Origin: an uncultured Mucilaginibacter sp.
Lineage (GTDB): Bacteria; Bacteroidota; Bacteroidia; Sphingobacteriales; Sphingobacteriaceae
NCBI GenBank assembly: GCA_913777515.1
Contig: CAJYSL010000266.1
Location: forward strand, 2,550-66,549
DNA length: 64,000 nt
Reading direction: 5' to 3'
The notes beneath the pieces are model-generated. The model saw nothing but the letters and a program-made list of their open reading frames with translations. It was not told where the DNA came from and made no database searches. Shown piece by piece: positions 15,905-25,567 of this stretch; positions within the stretch are counted from its first letter, which is position 1, and each line of letters starts with the position of its first letter. A program made the translations under genes and the position numbers.

Positions 15905-16627
15905 ATGGAACCCAAAAGTAAAGACCTTACCGCCAGAGAGCAGGCGTTTGTCAATGAGTATGTAATTACCCTTAATAAGACCTCTTCTGCCTTAGCTGCG
16001 GGGCTATCTCCCAAAACAGCAAAACAACAGGGCTGGGCTTTTTATAACCGCTCACACGTCAAAGCAGCCATTGAGAAGCTACTTCAGGAAAACACTATGA
16101 CGGCCGGGGAAACGTTGCGTCGTGTTAGCAAGATAGCGGAGCATGATATGGCAGACTACTTTAGCCCGGTTCAAAAGCTGCATACCACTAAAATCAAAGT
16201 TGGCTTACAACATATCATTGACCGCATACAGAAAGAAATAGATTTTGAAGACTTATACCGGTCTAAGGTTGAAATGACCGAAGAGGCTAACGACGCGTGG
16301 TTTCTGCAACAGCAAGACCGCCGGGATAGGAAGTTACGCTATGAGCTAGAGTTAGAATTAAACCCAAATGCAACCCGCATTATCGACGGGGAAACTGAAA
16401 TTGTCGAAGTCATGGAGCTTGATATTAACAAGCTGATTGAAGCCAGGGAGCGCGGTCAAATCAAAGGCATTAAGTACGGGCCTAATGGTATACAGATTGA
16501 GGGTTATTCGGCCCTCGATGCGCAGGATAAGCTATTACGCGTACACGGAAAATTCGAGAAAGATAACGAGCAAAGCAAGCCTGCAGCAACAATGCACATT
16601 TTCCAGTTGCCCGACAATGGTCGCTAA
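15905..16627 (+). CDS. Terminase small subunit
   Basis: LTAREQAFVNEY..LNKTSSALAAGLSPKTAKQQG N-terminal motif; overlaps terL. Confidence 0.88.
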   Translation: MEPKSKDLTAREQAFVNEYVITLNKTSSALAAGLSPKTAKQQGWAFYNRSHVKAAIEKLLQENTMTAGETLRRVSKIAEHDMADYFSPVQKLHTTKIKVGLQHIIDRIQKEIDFEDLYRSKVEMTEEANDAWFLQQQDRRDRKLRYELELELNPNATRIIDGETEIVEVMELDINKLIEARERGQIKGIKYGPNGIQIEGYSALDAQDKLLRVHGKFEKDNEQSKPAATMHIFQLPDNGR

Positions 16628-18137
16628 TGAGGTAAAGTATATACGACCGCAGGAAGGTTATCAGATGATGGCTTTGTCATCGCCAGCCGACATCGTTATT
16701 GGCGGTGCCGCTGCCGGTGTGGGCAAAACCTATACCCTGTTACTCGAAGTATTACGACATAAGGACGTGCCGGGGTTCGGTAGCGTTATCTTTCGGCGTA
16801 CCAGCCCGCAAATAACGGCTGAGGGCGCACTTTGGGACACTTCAATGAAGATATTCCCACTGTTTAATGCAAAGCCCGCAGAGAGCCGCTATGAGTGGGA
16901 ATTTAGCAAGGATGTAAAGCTGAAGTTCTCACACATGGAGTATGAGAAAAACATCTTCAACTGGCAGGGTTCACAAATACCGTTTATTGGCTTTGACGAG
17001 CTTACGCACTTCAGTAAAAAGATGTTCTTTTACATGCTTACCCGTAACCGTTCGGTGTGTGGTGTAAAGCCATACGTAAGAGCTACCTGCAACCCCGACC
17101 CCGAAAGTTGGGTTGCTGAGTTTATCGCCTGGTGGATTGACCAGGAAACAGGCTTTCCGATACCGGAGCGCAACGGCGTTGTGCGTTTCCTTATCATGGA
17201 TGGGGATAACTATATTTGGGGCGATACCAAAGCCGAAGTAATCGAAAAGGCTTGGTATATGCTCGAAGAGCCGGTAACTAAATCAGGAATAAACCCTGAT
17301 GAGTTTGTTAAATCCGTTACCTTTATCAGTGGGGACATCTACCAGAACAAAGAGTTATTGAAGGTTAACCCGGCCTACCTGGCTAACTTGATGAGCCAAG
17401 ACAAGGAGACGCGGGCCGCTCTGTTAGATGGTAACTGGAAGACTGTAATATCAGACAATGATATTTACGAATACCTTTCGTTTGCGGGCATGTTCAGAAA
17501 CGTTTATACAATCGATGTAACCGAACGTTTTATAACAGCCGACATTGCCCTGCAAGGTTCAGATAAGTTCATTGTGGGCTATTGGGAGGGCCGCAGCCTT
17601 GAAGATTTATTGATAATGGATAAGTCAGATGGCAAAGAGGTCGTTGATAGTATTCTAAGCCTGGCTAAGCAGTACCATGTACAGAACCATAATATAACCT
17701 ATGATAATGATGGTGTAGGTGGTTTTGTGAGCGGGTTTATAGAGGGGGCTATACCGTTTTTAAACGGCGGCAAAGCTATGATTAACCCTAATGTTGAAGT
17801 CCGTGTAAACGGCGAAGCGGTGCCTGAAAATTATGAAAACCTGAAAACCCAATGTTATTACCACTCGGGGGATAATGTTGGCAAAGGGCTTTACCGCGTA
17901 TCTGAGAAGGTGGCTAATATGATGTACGACAATAAAATGACCGTACGTCAAAGGTTCATGTTTGAGCGCAAAGCCATCAAACGAGCTAAGGCTGACATGG
18001 ACGGTAAGTTGCAGATTATCAAAAAGGCCGAAATGAAAACTAAACTAAACGGGCAAAGCCCCGACTTAATGGATATGTTCATGATGCGTGAACGCTTCAC
18101 CTTCAATACGGTGTTGGAAGATTTTTGGGTACAGTAA
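16617..18137 (+). CDS. Terminase large subunit (ATG 16617)
   Basis: GAAAGVGKT Walker A, IGFDELTHF Walker B, RATCNP, ADIALQGSD and SPDLMD nuclease motifs. Confidence 0.95.
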   Translation: MVANEVKYIRPQEGYQMMALSSPADIVIGGAAAGVGKTYTLLLEVLRHKDVPGFGSVIFRRTSPQITAEGALWDTSMKIFPLFNAKPAESRYEWEFSKDVKLKFSHMEYEKNIFNWQGSQIPFIGFDELTHFSKKMFFYMLTRNRSVCGVKPYVRATCNPDPESWVAEFIAWWIDQETGFPIPERNGVVRFLIMDGDNYIWGDTKAEVIEKAWYMLEEPVTKSGINPDEFVKSVTFISGDIYQNKELLKVNPAYLANLMSQDKETRAALLDGNWKTVISDNDIYEYLSFAGMFRNVYTIDVTERFITADIALQGSDKFIVGYWEGRSLEDLLIMDKSDGKEVVDSILSLAKQYHVQNHNITYDNDGVGGFVSGFIEGAIPFLNGGKAMINPNVEVRVNGEAVPENYENLKTQCYYHSGDNVGKGLYRVSEKVANMMYDNKMTVRQRFMFERKAIKRAKADMDGKLQIIKKAEMKTKLNGQSPDLMDMFMMRERFTFNTVLEDFWVQ

Positions 18138-18166
18138 TCAATTAATCAAAAGCAAGAAAAAATACA

Positions 18167-19564
18167 ATGTCAGATAAACAAGCTAATTTCTTTCAGCGAA
18201 CCAAGGCAATGATTTCTTATTTATTTACGGGCGCGTATGGTTCAGCCGGTTCGGTAAACAGGATATTCCAATCTACCGGCAACTTTGAAAACGTTAATCC
18301 TATAACGGGTGGTTATCTGGCTAATGATTTAGTCTTCCAGGCGTTAAGGGTTTATCTGCAAAAAGCTAAGGTCCCGCCGCTCATCTTATCGAAGATAGTT
18401 AACCAAAAGGCGCTCGTGAAGTTTCAGCAATTCAATGCATCTACTAAAAATCAAGAGCATCAAATCACCGCTTTGTTAGCTCGCAGGAAGGCATTAAATG
18501 AGGTAGAAGACGGCGACCACTCGTTGCTAAATTTGTTGAACAATCCAAACGACCATCAGTCACAATCTCAGTTATTTGAGTCGCTATTAGGCTATTATAA
18601 GCTATTCGGCAACGGATATCTTTATGGGGCCGATTCAGTAGATGAGGGCGTGAATGCCGGCAAATATAAGAAGCTGTACGTACTTGAAAGCCAAAACGTA
18701 ACGCCTGTATATTCCGGGGACTGGAAGAGCCCTATAGCCTATTATCAATATAGCATCGATGGTAATATTCTTAGATTGCACCCTGACCACGTTTGCCATT
18801 TGAAGCAATGGAATCCGGTTGATAAAATAAATGGCTTATCCCCTATTGTTCCAGGTAGTAAAATTATTTCGGCTGACAACAAGAATAAAGTTGCTCAAGC
18901 GAGGTCTTTTGACAATGGCGGCCGGTCAAAAATCATTAGTTCCGGCAGCGAGAACAAGGATTTACAATGGTCTAAAGACCAGCAAGATTTAGTCAATGAA
19001 AAGTTGGACGAAAGAGCTAAAGGAGCAGACAATTACAACAACATCTTTGCAGTAAACCGCCCTGCCTTAGTTCAGGCACTCGGAGATAGCGCGGTAGATA
19101 TGCAGTTGCTTGAGGCGGCAAAGCATAATCGTTCGACTATACCGGTCTTGTTCGGTGTTTGGCCGGTTCTGGTAGGTGATATGCAGGGAGGTACGGAAAA
19201 CAACGTTCAAATGGCATACAAGGCACTCGTCACAAACACGGTGGTTCCTGACCTTATCTATGTCGCTGATGAGCTTAGACGCTTTCTATTGAAGCCTTAC
19301 AAAAACATGTATCTGGACTTTGATACGACAATATTCCCTGAGCTGCAGCCAGATTTAAAACTCATGAAAGAGGTGTTCGGTTCACCACTTATCACTGTAG
19401 ACGAAAACCGCAACTTGTTCAACTTCGATAACTTTGAAAATAAGAAGTGGGGTTCCGCTGTATTGGTTAACAGTACTTTGGAGCCAATAGATAACATTTT
19501 AAGTGTGCCGTCTGACATGGCATCTATTGATGAGCAGATTAAAGAATTAACGGGTGGATATTAA
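18167..19564 (+). CDS. Portal protein
   Basis: LLNNPNDHQS, KLFGNGY, GLSPI, FGVWPVLVG; follows terL. Confidence 0.92.
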   Translation: MSDKQANFFQRTKAMISYLFTGAYGSAGSVNRIFQSTGNFENVNPITGGYLANDLVFQALRVYLQKAKVPPLILSKIVNQKALVKFQQFNASTKNQEHQITALLARRKALNEVEDGDHSLLNLLNNPNDHQSQSQLFESLLGYYKLFGNGYLYGADSVDEGVNAGKYKKLYVLESQNVTPVYSGDWKSPIAYYQYSIDGNILRLHPDHVCHLKQWNPVDKINGLSPIVPGSKIISADNKNKVAQARSFDNGGRSKIISSGSENKDLQWSKDQQDLVNEKLDERAKGADNYNNIFAVNRPALVQALGDSAVDMQLLEAAKHNRSTIPVLFGVWPVLVGDMQGGTENNVQMAYKALVTNTVVPDLIYVADELRRFLLKPYKNMYLDFDTTIFPELQPDLKLMKEVFGSPLITVDENRNLFNFDNFENKKWGSAVLVNSTLEPIDNILSVPSDMASIDEQIKELTGGY

Positions 19565-20342
19565 CGCTTACGCATTCCGACACAGTAAACGACATTCAGT
19601 TTGGGAGCGGAAGGCCGCCCCAATCTTCTATAAAGCTATAGCTGATTCTGTCGCGCCGGTACTTAGAACGCTTAATCCTGATGACATAAGGCGGGATGTA
19701 TGGGTTGACGCTTACCAAAAGGTTTACTCACTGGTTGGTACTAAAGCAGCTGTATACGAGTATAACTTTCTCAAGCGGGATAGCATAAAGGCAGCCGGGG
19801 GCAATCCATTTTATAATGAGATATGGCGGCAAGCCATGATTAAGTATGGTCAAGATATGGGTATTGGATTTTCCGACACATTAACCGATACCACTCTTAA
19901 CCAGATACGGGCCGCCCTTGTGTTCGGTACTGCCAATTACTACACCAATGAGCAGATAGCACAGGCAATCAGGGACTATACTATGGGTAACATAGGTAAA
20001 GCCAGGGCGTTCCGGATAGGTAGAACGGAGTGTACTACGTGCTCAAGCATCGGCAAGATGGAAGCAAGTAAAACCTACTTTAAAGAAATCGGGGAAGAAG
20101 AGGGCTATAAAATGTGGATAACACGAGAAGATTCGGCCGTCCGTAGCAGTCACGTTCAAGAAAATAGAACGATGGTTAAGTTTGATGAGAACTTTAAACT
20201 GGAACATGGCAAAGGCATGTACCCCGGCGACCCTAATCTACCAGCCGAAGACCGGGTAAATTGCCGCTGCTCCTTTGTGGCCATGAGTAAAAGGCAGTAT
20301 TTGCGTTACCTAGAAAACAATCGGGGTAAGGTTGATAGTTAA
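19554..20342 (+). CDS. Minor head / head morphogenesis protein (Mu gpF/SPP1 gp7-like)
   Basis: RAFRIGRTE, KMWITREDSAVRSSH, YPGDP...VNCRC. Confidence 0.88.
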   Translation: MDINAYAFRHSKRHSVWERKAAPIFYKAIADSVAPVLRTLNPDDIRRDVWVDAYQKVYSLVGTKAAVYEYNFLKRDSIKAAGGNPFYNEIWRQAMIKYGQDMGIGFSDTLTDTTLNQIRAALVFGTANYYTNEQIAQAIRDYTMGNIGKARAFRIGRTECTTCSSIGKMEASKTYFKEIGEEEGYKMWITREDSAVRSSHVQENRTMVKFDENFKLEHGKGMYPGDPNLPAEDRVNCRCSFVAMSKRQYLRYLENNRGKVDS

Positions 20343-20343
20343 T

Positions 20344-20529
20344 TTATTCGATAACAACGCCTATTCTTGTTTCTTCAACTGAGTGCTTACCGGTACCGCC
20401 GTTCCAATATTTAAATCGTTTATAGTCAGCTCGGTGAGTTTCTTGTTCACCATACTCGTTATCTGTAATATAAACATCGGCATCCTGCGGCAGCTGATGC
20501 AATTGTTCAATCAATTCTGATACTTTCAT
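20344..20529 (-). CDS. Small hypothetical protein
   Basis: MKVSELIEQLHQLPQDADVYI, a common small phage protein N-terminus. Confidence 0.7.
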   Translation of the reverse strand: MKVSELIEQLHQLPQDADVYITDNEYGEQETHRADYKRFKYWNGGTGKHSVEETRIGVVIE

Positions 20530-20567
20530 AACTCAATGTGATGCTTAATTTGGCTTAAAAATATTTA

Positions 20568-20843
20568 TCATTCCAGTAGATGCGCTGTCGCTATCTCATC
20601 CAGCGGCCCCATCCTATACTGCACAATGTCGGCAATCCTTCCAGCGCCATACCTGGATAAAAAGGAAGCAGATAAACCGATATCAAGCAATCGGGAAATA
20701 TTGTAATCAGACAGTGTGCGTGAACGCTCGACATCAGCGGACTTGATACCTGTTCGCTTGAGGTAGTTAACTGCAAATAATGCACGGCGCTTGTAGCTCT
20801 CAAAAAGCCTTAATTCGTTACTGTCGGGCAAATTATTATTCAT
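20568..20843 (-). CDS. Hypothetical protein
   Basis: 91-aa ORF in a three-gene antisense unit. Confidence 0.6.
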   Translation of the reverse strand: MNNNLPDSNELRLFESYKRRALFAVNYLKRTGIKSADVERSRTLSDYNISRLLDIGLSASFLSRYGAGRIADIVQYRMGPLDEIATAHLLE

Positions 20844-20865
20844 TTATTGAATGATTTGAATATAA

Positions 20866-21045
20866 CTAACCACGAATCATATCAGCCACCTTGTTTAAGT
20901 CAGGTTTGCCCGATACCGGGTCGAGAAGCTTATTAAGTAGCTTGCTCACAATGAAGCTTTCAGAACGATTCTGCTCTTTACAAAGCTTCTCAATAGATTC
21001 TTTAGTATTCTTGTTCAAATCGTAGGCTTGTACCTTGTATTTCAT
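20866..21045 (-). CDS. Ribbon-helix-helix (Arc/CopG-like) DNA-binding protein, 59 aa
   Basis: Manual translation MKYKVQAYDLNKNTKESIEKLCKEQNRSESFIVSKLLNKLLDPVSGKPDLNKVADMIRG; strand-helix-NRS-helix pattern; below the ORF-track cutoff. Confidence 0.65.
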   Translation of the reverse strand: MKYKVQAYDLNKNTKESIEKLCKEQNRSESFIVSKLLNKLLDPVSGKPDLNKVADMIRG

Positions 21046-21131
21046 GCAGTTATTGAATTAGCTTAAATCACTGTAATTTACGACTTTAACCGGAAATTAC
21101 CAAAGGTTTTAGCAATTGTGTAAATTAGGAT

Positions 21132-21803
21132 GTGGAATTTAAATTCAAGTCATTCTCGCATGATATTAAAAGCATTGATGAGCCCAAAGGCATTGTTGAG
21201 GCTTACGCAAACGTGTACAACAATGCGGATAGTGACGAGGATGTTTCTCTCCCTGGTTCCTTTACTAAAACAGTGGTTGAAGACTTTCCAAGAATACGCG
21301 TCCTGCGTAACCACTGGAGCTTCGAACGCCTTGGGGTGCCTTTAGAACTTGACGCCAAAGATACCTATGGACTACGTACTATTACGCAGTTCAACATGAA
21401 CAAGAGCATAGCTAAAGATATGTTCTACGATAACAAAATGGCAATGGATAACGGGCAAAATGCTGAGTTGTCAATAGGCTATTCGGTTATCGACTCATAT
21501 ATGGGTAAGCTGGCTAATGAAGATGTTCGCTTCATACGTCAATACAAGCTCTACGAGTACAGCTTTCTTGATTCATGGGCAGCCAATCCATTGGCTATTG
21601 TTAGCGGCCAAAAAAGCCTCGCTGATACCTCAAAACTCATGGCTATGCTCACTAAGGCGTATAACCTTCCATATTCCGACGGGCGTCTGGTACAAATTGA
21701 AACCCTGCTAAAATCGCTTTCTGACGGGTCGGGCGATGACACCACCCACGAAGAAAATATAATTATAGACCCTTACAAATCATTGTTTAAAATCTTCAAT
21801 TAA
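21132..21803 (+). CDS. HK97-family prohead protease
   Basis: EAYANVYNNADSDED..PGSF, LRNH, ELSIGY, LYEYS...AANPLA. Confidence 0.92.
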   Translation: MEFKFKSFSHDIKSIDEPKGIVEAYANVYNNADSDEDVSLPGSFTKTVVEDFPRIRVLRNHWSFERLGVPLELDAKDTYGLRTITQFNMNKSIAKDMFYDNKMAMDNGQNAELSIGYSVIDSYMGKLANEDVRFIRQYKLYEYSFLDSWAANPLAIVSGQKSLADTSKLMAMLTKAYNLPYSDGRLVQIETLLKSLSDGSGDDTTHEENIIIDPYKSLFKIFN

Positions 21804-23179
21804 TGAAAAAAAACTATTTGACATTCGGTCCGGGCTCTGCACCTGCATCAATGTTTTTCCGCGCTAAGTTCGACCCTAAGAGCGAAGGCGGTTCGGGTGG
21901 TGTCAGTGAGAAAGAAGCCATCAACGCTTTAATCGAATCGAAATCTCAAAAAGCCGCCGAAGACTTTTTGAAAACCAAAGGTGTTGACTTTATTAAGTCC
22001 GATGCAATTGCGACTGAAATTAAGTCAATTGCTCAGGGTATCGTTGACGGCTTAAAAGTTAAGCATGGTGATGAAGATGTAACCCTGGAAACAGCTGTTA
22101 AGTCTATTCAAACTCACTTAGATGAGTTGTCAACTAAGCAAAAAGAAATCGAGTCTAAAGGACAATCGGTTATGGTTGCGCTTAAAAAACAATTTGACGC
22201 GCAAAGCACAAGCTTGAAATCTATCCACGATAGCGGCAACGGTGTTGTTCGTTTAGATTTAAAAGCTGCTACTGTAATGGGCTTAGGCAACTTTGGCACC
22301 AACGTAGTATTGGGTTACCGGGAACCAGGTATTGATAAAAAACCGCTTCCGCAACGCTTCATTTTTGATTTAATCAGTGTAATGAATGGTGGCCCTGGCT
22401 CTAACCCTCTTACATGGCTGGAAATGGTGCCAAAAGAAGGTTCGCCAGCCTGGACAGCTGAAAGTGCGTTAAAACAAAACATGGACTGGACATATAAAGA
22501 AAATAAGGCGACCGCCGAAGTTATCGCCGTCCATGTTCCAATCACCAAACAGACGCTGTTGAATTGGCCAATGTTTGAGCAGGAAGTAAACGTTGAGTTG
22601 GCCCGCCAACTGTACAACAAACTGGATAAGAGCATTATATCAGGCGATGGTACTAACAACACCATCTACGGCATGGAGTATTACGCTATTCCGTTTAGTG
22701 CTGGGAATTTAGCAGGCACCGTAATAAAAGCAAACGTTGCTGATGCTATTCGCGCCGCTATTGGACAAGTGCGTAAAGGCGCTCCTGTTGCGAATGAGCA
22801 AATAGGCGGTTACGCTCCTACCGCTGTAATCGTCTCGGAAGATACAGCGACTTCGATGGACTTAGAAAAGACATCTGAAGGTGTTTACGTATTGCCTCCT
22901 TTCAAATCAGAAAATGGAACAATCATTAAAGGTGTGCCGGTTATTCCGACAAACTTCGTTGATGATGATGAGTTCATAGCAGGTGACTTAACCCGCTATT
23001 TGTTCAACATCGTTCAAGGCCTGGTTTTCGACGTTGGTTACATCAATGACCAGTTTATCAAGAACCAGTTAACTATCCGTGCTGAGTTGTACGGTGTAGG
23101 CCGTATGAAGTTTAACGAGCGTCCGGCCATAGTTAAAGGCAAGTTTTCAACTGCCATCGCCGCGCTTACCAAAGCATAA
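21803..23179 (+). CDS. Major capsid protein, HK97 fold with N-terminal delta domain
   Basis: AWTAESALK, IISGDGT, GDL..Y, FIKNQLTIRAE; position after the protease. Confidence 0.92.
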   Translation: MKKNYLTFGPGSAPASMFFRAKFDPKSEGGSGGVSEKEAINALIESKSQKAAEDFLKTKGVDFIKSDAIATEIKSIAQGIVDGLKVKHGDEDVTLETAVKSIQTHLDELSTKQKEIESKGQSVMVALKKQFDAQSTSLKSIHDSGNGVVRLDLKAATVMGLGNFGTNVVLGYREPGIDKKPLPQRFIFDLISVMNGGPGSNPLTWLEMVPKEGSPAWTAESALKQNMDWTYKENKATAEVIAVHVPITKQTLLNWPMFEQEVNVELARQLYNKLDKSIISGDGTNNTIYGMEYYAIPFSAGNLAGTVIKANVADAIRAAIGQVRKGAPVANEQIGGYAPTAVIVSEDTATSMDLEKTSEGVYVLPPFKSENGTIIKGVPVIPTNFVDDDEFIAGDLTRYLFNIVQGLVFDVGYINDQFIKNQLTIRAELYGVGRMKFNERPAIVKGKFSTAIAALTKA

Positions 23180-23194
23180 TTAAACCTCTCAACT

Positions 23195-23455
23195 ATGTTG
23201 GTAGAGTTATTAAAAGACCATGAAAGCGGATTTAAAAAGGGTCAGGTCAAAGACTTGCACCCTTTATCCGCAAAAAGACTGATTGCTGCAAAATATGCAG
23301 TTGAAAAGTCTCAAGATACACAAGGTAAGACCGGGGATGTTACCACGGTTAACCCTGAAAAAACCGTCAGCCCCGAAGTCAAAGAGGAAAAAAAGCCCAA
23401 AGAGACTAAGGAAGATAAGGCTGCAGGCGGTCGCGAAACCAAAGATAAAAAGTAG
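23195..23455 (+). CDS. Small head-associated protein
   Basis: FKKGQVKDL..AKRLIAAKYA plus K/E-rich tail; follows the capsid gene. Confidence 0.65.
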   Translation: MLVELLKDHESGFKKGQVKDLHPLSAKRLIAAKYAVEKSQDTQGKTGDVTTVNPEKTVSPEVKEEKKPKETKEDKAAGGRETKDKK

Positions 23456-23462
23456 GTTACAC

Positions 23463-23957
23463 ATGGAGCCAATTACAACCGCTGAAGCTCGTGCATTCAT
23501 GCAGATTGACGCTGATGATATGTCGGAAGATGCTGTCATTGCTGACATCATTAAAAGTGAGCGGGAAATAATGGAATATGAAACCTGCTTATCCCTGGTT
23601 AAAAGAAAGGTTACAGATAATTACAGGTCAAATTGCTGCGGAATGGCAATTCCAAAGGTATATCGACCTAAGTGGTCACCTGTCATTGGCAAAGTATATA
23701 TTAAAGACGCTTGGGGTATGTGCGTAGAGGTTGAGAACGAGGGTACAGAGCAGTATCCTCGTTTCACTTTAACCTATAACACTGATTTAGTCTATGAGGC
23801 GGGGTTTGTCATATTCCCGGCTGACTTAAAACAGGCATTATTAGAACGTGTTGCATCGGCTTATCACAACCGAGAAAACACAACAACAGAGCCCGCTACA
23901 ACAGTCAATCCCCATGCCGATAGGGTTGTTACCCTTCACAGTAGAAACGTTTTCTAA
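23463..23957 (+). CDS. Head-tail connector (HK97 gp6-like; ATG 23463)
   Basis: EPITTAEARAFMQID...EDAVI; YEAGF..PADLKQALL..A..YHNRE. Confidence 0.85.
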   Translation: MEPITTAEARAFMQIDADDMSEDAVIADIIKSEREIMEYETCLSLVKRKVTDNYRSNCCGMAIPKVYRPKWSPVIGKVYIKDAWGMCVEVENEGTEQYPRFTLTYNTDLVYEAGFVIFPADLKQALLERVASAYHNRENTTTEPATTVNPHADRVVTLHSRNVF

Positions 23958-24277
23958 TGCGAGCTGGAGCCCTAAGAAATCAGGTTCAGTTTGTAAAGTA
24001 CAAACAGGAGCCGGACGGTGCAGGTGGTACAACGCCAGAAAAAGAGGTTGTTTACTCAACCAGGGCAAGCGTTAAGGCTTTAAAGCAAGTTAGGACTTTG
24101 CAAGCCAATCAAACCACTCTGAAAGCTGCTTATGAGCTCACAATCAGGTGGCGTCCTGATATAGTTATTGTGCAGGAATGGGATGTTCTGCTTAAGGACA
24201 AGCCCCACTCTATCACCAGTATCGTTTTAAATGAACAGGCCCCGAAAGAATGGGCAATTAACATAGTAAGTCAGTAA
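23957..24277 (+). CDS. Head closure protein (SPP1 gp16-like)
   Basis: MRAGALRNQVQF, DGAGG, LTIRWRPDI. Confidence 0.85.
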   Translation: MRAGALRNQVQFVKYKQEPDGAGGTTPEKEVVYSTRASVKALKQVRTLQANQTTLKAAYELTIRWRPDIVIVQEWDVLLKDKPHSITSIVLNEQAPKEWAINIVSQ

Positions 24278-24690
24278 TGGAAGGGGCGGCAAACCTAATA
24301 GCTAAACTTAGAGCCGCAAAAAGCGAAATTAAGCTGAAGGTCAAAGACCTGATGGAAGACCGGGCTACTGATATTGAGGAACATGCTTATCGGGATGCAC
24401 CGATAGACATCGGTCAAAAAATCAGCAAAGTGGCAAGCAACGGCGGGTTAACTCAAGCGATTGAAGTTAATGCTGGCAAAATGGGTGCTTACGTGGAGTT
24501 CGGCACTGGTTCAAGTGCAGCGGCCATTGTGCCGACCCTACCGGTAGAATGGCAAAATGTAGCACGTTCGTTTTATATCAATGGTAAGGGGACGTTAATC
24601 GGAGCACCGTATCTGTACCCCAATTACAAGCGCTTTACGCATGATATACCGGAAAAAATTGAGCTGATATTAAGAGATGCATTGAGATGA
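24277..24690 (+). CDS. HK97 gp10-like neck/tail completion protein
   Basis: AYVEFGTG, APYLYP. Confidence 0.82.
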   Translation: MEGAANLIAKLRAAKSEIKLKVKDLMEDRATDIEEHAYRDAPIDIGQKISKVASNGGLTQAIEVNAGKMGAYVEFGTGSSAAAIVPTLPVEWQNVARSFYINGKGTLIGAPYLYPNYKRFTHDIPEKIELILRDALR

Positions 24691-25139
24691 GAGACGCAAC
24701 AACAGAACTAAGAAAGGCTTATTTACAGTTACTATCTAATATCACTGTAGATGGTCTTTTAATACCTGTTTACGCTGAAATGATTAATGACAGCATAAAG
24801 CCTTACTCATTAGCTAATAAGCCTAAACACTATGTTATCCTGAATAACCAAAACAGTTTTGACAGGAGCAACAAACAGACATTTGATTTTTTGCACACTA
24901 TACAGTCAACCGTTTACACCTGGTACCCAAAAGAACAAGGTAGCTCGGTTCTGGCTGAGAAGATAGACGAAATTATAAAAGACCGGGTCATCACGCAAAG
25001 AGGTGTTCAAATCCCGGTTACCGGATTCAACTGCTACATGTCCAAAGTGGACTTATCGCGGGGTGACACTGAGTTTACCACGCAGAACTACATTTTCAAA
25101 CGAATAACAATTTTTAATCACTTCATAGAACAAGCTTAA
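24687..25139 (+). CDS. Tail terminator-like protein
   Basis: Position before the tail tube; LRKAY..L...IPVY N-terminus. Confidence 0.65.
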   Translation: MRDATTELRKAYLQLLSNITVDGLLIPVYAEMINDSIKPYSLANKPKHYVILNNQNSFDRSNKQTFDFLHTIQSTVYTWYPKEQGSSVLAEKIDEIIKDRVITQRGVQIPVTGFNCYMSKVDLSRGDTEFTTQNYIFKRITIFNHFIEQA

Positions 25140-25141
25140 TT

Positions 25142-25567
25142 ATGGCTACTGACGGTACTAATTACGTTTTACAAATAAAATACGGCAACGCCTGGAAAAC
25201 CATCGGTTGCGGAACATCTAACGGCTTTACTGGTACTACCGGCGTAATCGACGGCAGTTCAAAGTGCAGCGGTAGGTATGAAGATAAGCAGCCCGGTCGC
25301 ATTGGCTGGACTATGGAGTTCGCCGGTAAAGCGGCCCCCGTTGATGATGCTGATGCATCATTAGCCTCGTTTAATCAATTGTCGGCTTTCCAAAAAAGCG
25401 GGACAATATTCCAGATTAGGCAGGTTAATTTACAGCATCCCGAAGATATCATCCGTGGTGATGCTTTTATAACCAGCCTTTCTAAAACGTCACCCGACAA
25501 TGAGGCGGTTACCTTTGATGCTTCCTTCCAAGGTCGCGGCGAATACTTTACAACACCTGAGGTATAA
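25142..25567 (+). CDS. Major tail tube protein
   Basis: IDGSSKCSG...PGRIGWTM, GDAFITSLS....NEAVTFDASFQGRG. Confidence 0.88.
   Translation: MATDGTNYVLQIKYGNAWKTIGCGTSNGFTGTTGVIDGSSKCSGRYEDKQPGRIGWTMEFAGKAAPVDDADASLASFNQLSAFQKSGTIFQIRQVNLQHPEDIIRGDAFITSLSKTSPDNEAVTFDASFQGRGEYFTTPEV

Noticed and set aside
16437-16616. Long TerL N-terminus from TTG 16437
   Set aside because: Lies inside terS; ATG 16617 gives the usual short overlap
23283-23462. Extended start of the head-tail connector
   Set aside because: Overlaps the 23195-23455 gene; the family motif begins at MEPITT (23463)
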